A program made the translations under genes and the position numbers. Source: Promethearchaeota archaeon (GTDB lineage: Archaea; Asgardarchaeota; Lokiarchaeia; Sigyniarchaeales; SOKP01). Taken from it: a stretch of 64,000 nt of DNA. Below the pieces are notes generated by a model that was not told where the DNA came from, searched no databases, and worked only from the letters and a program-made list of their open reading frames with translations. The stretch is from contig JAHPZJ010000028.1 in assembly GCA_019058245.1 (NCBI GenBank), positions 64,001 to 128,000 on the forward strand. The letters are read 5' to 3'. Below, piece by piece: positions 60,896 to 64,000 of the stretch (within the stretch, counting starts at the first letter, position 1; every line of letters begins with the position of its first letter).

Positions 60896-60943
60896 TTTCC
60901 TTCAAAACTTTCTTTTATCCTAATTATTGAATATTTAATTGGT

Positions 60944-61828
60944 TTATTTCATTACGATACCTGAAAAATATCCTACACAATATCCTCTAATATTTCCTGT
61001 TTTTTCTGAACTTGTATAGTACTGTAATAATTTACCCTTACTTGCATTTAAATTTTTAGAAATCATTATAAGGGATGCTATAGTTTGAGGTCCACATACA
61101 GTTGTTTTTGATGCAGCTTCAATTGTTTTTTCAGGATTAAGATCGATAAATCCTTCAATTACTTTTTGATCAATCTGTTTAAGTTTCATCAATTGCTCAG
61201 AATCATGGATTTCTTTATGAGTCATGTCAGAAGAAGCAACAATTACTACGTCTTTATCAAATGAGTTAATAGCTTTAGAAATATCACTTGAGATTTGATT
61301 TAAAGTATTAAAAGCCTTTGTAGAAATTATGATTGGTATAAATTTTACATCTTTTTCTAGGGAACAGTATTTAATAAACGGTAACTGTACTTCGATGTTA
61401 TGTTCTCTTCCAAAAGGATAACCTATAAATGCTGATTCATCATTTTTGATAATATCACTATATTCTAATATTTTCTTGGATAATTCTCCATCAATACGGA
61501 TATTTCCTAAAGGTGTTTCCCATTCGCCCTCATCCATTAACGCAACTTTGCCATAACCAATGTGATCTGTACCTAAGACTATTACAGTATCTGGTATTCT
61601 TTCCTTAAACAAATTAAAAAAGGTAAAAGCCGCGCAACATCCAGAATATATGTATCCAGCATGAGGAGAAACGCCCCCAATTATAGTTCTTTGATCTTGG
61701 TTTAGAGTGGTAGGTTCTTCTCCGGGTCCAAACTCTTTATTTAGAAAAGATTCTTTTAATATAGTAATTAGGTCAGGTTTATAACGTGGATAAAAGCTGC
61801 CAGCAACAGCAGCCTTTCTTATAACCAT
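60944..61828 (-). CDS. MEMO1 family (AmmeMemoRadiSam protein B)
   Basis: RKAAVAGSFYP, PHAGYIYSG, WETPLG, EHNIEVQLPF, ASSDMTH, TVCG, VGY. Confidence 0.93.
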   Translation of the reverse strand: MVIRKAAVAGSFYPRYKPDLITILKESFLNKEFGPGEEPTTLNQDQRTIIGGVSPHAGYIYSGCCAAFTFFNLFKERIPDTVIVLGTDHIGYGKVALMDEGEWETPLGNIRIDGELSKKILEYSDIIKNDESAFIGYPFGREHNIEVQLPFIKYCSLEKDVKFIPIIISTKAFNTLNQISSDISKAINSFDKDVVIVASSDMTHKEIHDSEQLMKLKQIDQKVIEGFIDLNPEKTIEAASKTTVCGPQTIASLIMISKNLNASKGKLLQYYTSSEKTGNIRGYCVGYFSGIVMK

Positions 61829-61949
61829 TTTTTTACCACGAGTTTTTTTTGTTTTGATATTTAAAATATGATTCTTAAGAATTATATATTTTCATCTAAT
61901 ACTAGATAAATTGAAAGATTTATTAAATTATTTTTAATATTTTTTAATA

Positions 61950-62543
61950 ATGAACCAAGTAAACAATGAACAAATCTCTCTTGATAATATTGATTTACCA
62001 GATAAAATCCCAGCAAAATTTATCAATTCAAGAGTTATCGTTTTCAATCCTTTATATGCTTCATATTTATATGTTATTAAAGGTTTTTTTGGTTCTCCTT
62101 TAGGTATAAATAAACCGAGATTAGAATATTTTTCAAAACCAAGTGAATTGTCTCTAATAGAAGCGTATTATTTATTGGAACGTGATGACATTTCTATTTA
62201 TGATATAAAAGAGAATAAGGTTTTAGAACCGAAGGAATTCTATGAGATTGCTAATAAAATTCATCATAAATTTGCAGAGAAATATGTTATTTACAAAGAT
62301 CTAAGGGAAAAAGGATATATACCGAGACCTGGTCTAAAATTTGGAGCGGATTTTGTCGTGTATAAAAAGGGACCTGGTATAGAACATTCACTTTTTATGG
62401 TTCATGTATTACCTCATGATTCTGAAATAACTGCTATTGATATGGTTAGAGCTGGTAGATTAGCAACATCAGTGAGAAAAAAATTTGTTATAGCAAACCC
62501 ACTAACTAAATCATATTATTTCTTTGAATGGTTTAAGCCATAA
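61950..62543 (+). CDS. endA: tRNA-splicing endonuclease catalytic subunit
   Basis: LSLIEAYYL, VIYKDLREKGY, GLKFGADFVVY, GP..EHS, RLATSVRKK (Tyr-His-Lys triad). Confidence 0.95.
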   Translation: MNQVNNEQISLDNIDLPDKIPAKFINSRVIVFNPLYASYLYVIKGFFGSPLGINKPRLEYFSKPSELSLIEAYYLLERDDISIYDIKENKVLEPKEFYEIANKIHHKFAEKYVIYKDLREKGYIPRPGLKFGADFVVYKKGPGIEHSLFMVHVLPHDSEITAIDMVRAGRLATSVRKKFVIANPLTKSYYFFEWFKP

Positions 62544-62599
62544 AATAAAGAAAAAGTACAGATAAAAAAAATTGATATATTAATTTTCCACTTTATAGA

Positions 62600-64000
62600 T
62601 TATTTCACAAAAACCAATTTTAGAATATCGCTAAGATTTTTATTTTTAAATTGTTCTATTTGGTCAAAATCTGCATTTGGAATGGAATGGGTAATTTTCA
62701 TAATACTATTCAAGACCTCGTCTTCCTTATTCTCATCAAATCTAAGCCCTCTTTTTAACAGAATTTTTCCCTCTTTAAAAAATAATAAAATTATTTTTAT
62801 TAATCCTAATAATTTCTTATGTTCAGTAAAATTGTCAATCTCTACAAATGCATTTTGACCTAAAAAACTATTTTGAATTAATTTTGCCATAAAAAGATCA
62901 AGTTTTTGATCATCAGGCAAATTTTTCTTTCCAATTAACTGTGTTATAAATTTTAACTCATGATCTTTTGATAGTATTTCATCTACTTGTTTTTGACACC
63001 CTATCCAATCTAGATCAATTTCTGACCAATAAATATCGTTATTTCTCCACCATTCTGAAATTTGTACGGGATAATTTGAATAAGATTTCATCCAATTTAT
63101 AGCAGGATATTGTTTTAAGTATGCTAAATTATTATCTAGAGCTAATAATGATTGCACAACTCGTTTAGTAACTGTAGTAACTGGCTCATTAAAATCTCCT
63201 GCAGGAGGTGATATTGATCCTATAATTGTCAAAGACCCAATATTTTGTTTTCCTAAATGATCTCGTCCATTTGTTTGAAAAACACCGGCTCTTTCATAAA
63301 AACTTGAGAGTCTTGTTGGTAAATATGCAGGATATCCTTCTTCGGCTGGCATTTCTTCCAATAATCCACAAATTTCTCTTAAGGATTCTGCCCATCTTGA
63401 TGTACTATCTGCAAGAACGGCAACATCATATCCCATATCTCTATAGTACTCCGCGATAGTTACTCCTGAAAAAAGACTAGCATCACGAGCAGATACAGGC
63501 ATATTTGAAGTATTTGCAATAATAATTGTGCGATCTAATAATGGTCTCCCATTTTTAGCATCATAAATCTCTTTAAATTGTTTTAACACATTAGCAATTT
63601 CATTACCTGGTTCTCCACAACCTATAAAAATAATTATATCTGCCTTACAATACTTTGCAATTGTTTGTAAAATAACTGTTTTCCCTGTTCCAAATCCTCC
63701 TGGAACTGCAGATGTCCCTCCTTTTGCTATTGGAAATAGTAAATCAATTATTCTTGTTCCTGTCAATAATGGTTCATTTGGTTTAATTTTCCTTTCAAAG
63801 GGTCTCCTTTTAGTAATTGGCCACTTTTGTAACATCGAGAATGAGGTTTCTTGTCCATTTTCTGTTAAACAATAAATTGTATCTATTATATTATAATCTC
63901 CCTCTTCTGCAATAAAAGTTATTTTCCCAAACACCGCAGGTGGAATCATAATTTTATGGGTAATTATTTCAGTTTCTTGTACTGTTCCAATAAAGTCTCC
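62600..64000 (-). CDS. atpA: A/V-type ATP synthase subunit A (5' end outside window), divergent
   Basis: VPGGFGTGKT, ANTSNMPVSAR, DSTSRWAE, EMPAEEGYPAYL, SPPAGDF. Confidence 0.9.
   Translation of the reverse strand, partial: GDFIGTVQETEIITHKIMIPPAVFGKITFIAEEGDYNIIDTIYCLTENGQETSFSMLQKWPITKRRPFERKIKPNEPLLTGTRIIDLLFPIAKGGTSAVPGGFGTGKTVILQTIAKYCKADIIIFIGCGEPGNEIANVLKQFKEIYDAKNGRPLLDRTIIIANTSNMPVSARDASLFSGVTIAEYYRDMGYDVAVLADSTSRWAESLREICGLLEEMPAEEGYPAYLPTRLSSFYERAGVFQTNGRDHLGKQNIGSLTIIGSISPPAGDFNEPVTTVTKRVVQSLLALDNNLAYLKQYPAINWMKSYSNYPVQISEWWRNNDIYWSEIDLDWIGCQKQVDEILSKDHELKFITQLIGKKNLPDDQKLDLFMAKLIQNSFLGQNAFVEIDNFTEHKKLLGLIKIILLFFKEGKILLKRGLRFDENKEDEVLNSIMKITHSIPNADFDQIEQFKNKNLSDILKLVFVK

Noticed and set aside
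1158-63459. Many short ORFs nested in or antisense to long genes (e.g. 1158-1433, 4176-4466, 10418-10831, 12685-13146, 41923-42231, 63226-63459)
   Set aside because: They overlap well-supported genes and show no motifs; typical shadow ORFs
1-64000. tRNA, rRNA, CRISPR arrays, transposases, SECIS elements
   Set aside because: No cloverleaf, repeat-spacer array, transposase motif or in-frame UGA selenoprotein was found by eye; small ncRNAs could have been missed

Overview
Very AT-rich archaeal DNA, most likely from a Lokiarchaeia (Asgard) genome. The assignment is an inference from gene content: RadA, tRNA splicing endonuclease, A/V-type ATPase subunit A, CdhA, and several eukaryotic-signature-type proteins (two Arf-like GTPases with extra domains, a gelsolin-domain protein, a vWA plus double-RING protein, a SNAP/TPR-like protein). 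I found no rRNA, tRNA, CRISPR array or transposase. Main finding: the 5' end of cdhA (CO dehydrogenase/acetyl-CoA synthase alpha) is interrupted by two hairpin inserts of 32 nt (43029-43060) and 34 nt (42916-42949). Each folds into a relaxed bulge-helix-bulge (BHB) motif. Cutting at the canonical BHB positions removes exactly the frame-restoring length and gives a 781-aa CdhA, so these look like endonuclease-spliced mRNA micro-introns. The EndA in the same window carries a loop resembling the crenarchaeal-specific loop that permits cleavage of relaxed motifs. Second finding: a putative metal(loid)-methylation locus made of a Cys-rich MarR, a palindromic operator, an unannotated 27-aa CC...CC peptide, a SAM-methyltransferase::HgcA-like fusion and an HgcB-like ferredoxin. 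The window also holds dispersed alpha-glucan genes, an ABC exporter pair, an OsmC triplet, unannotated small paralogous ORFs and probable AUU/AUA start codons.
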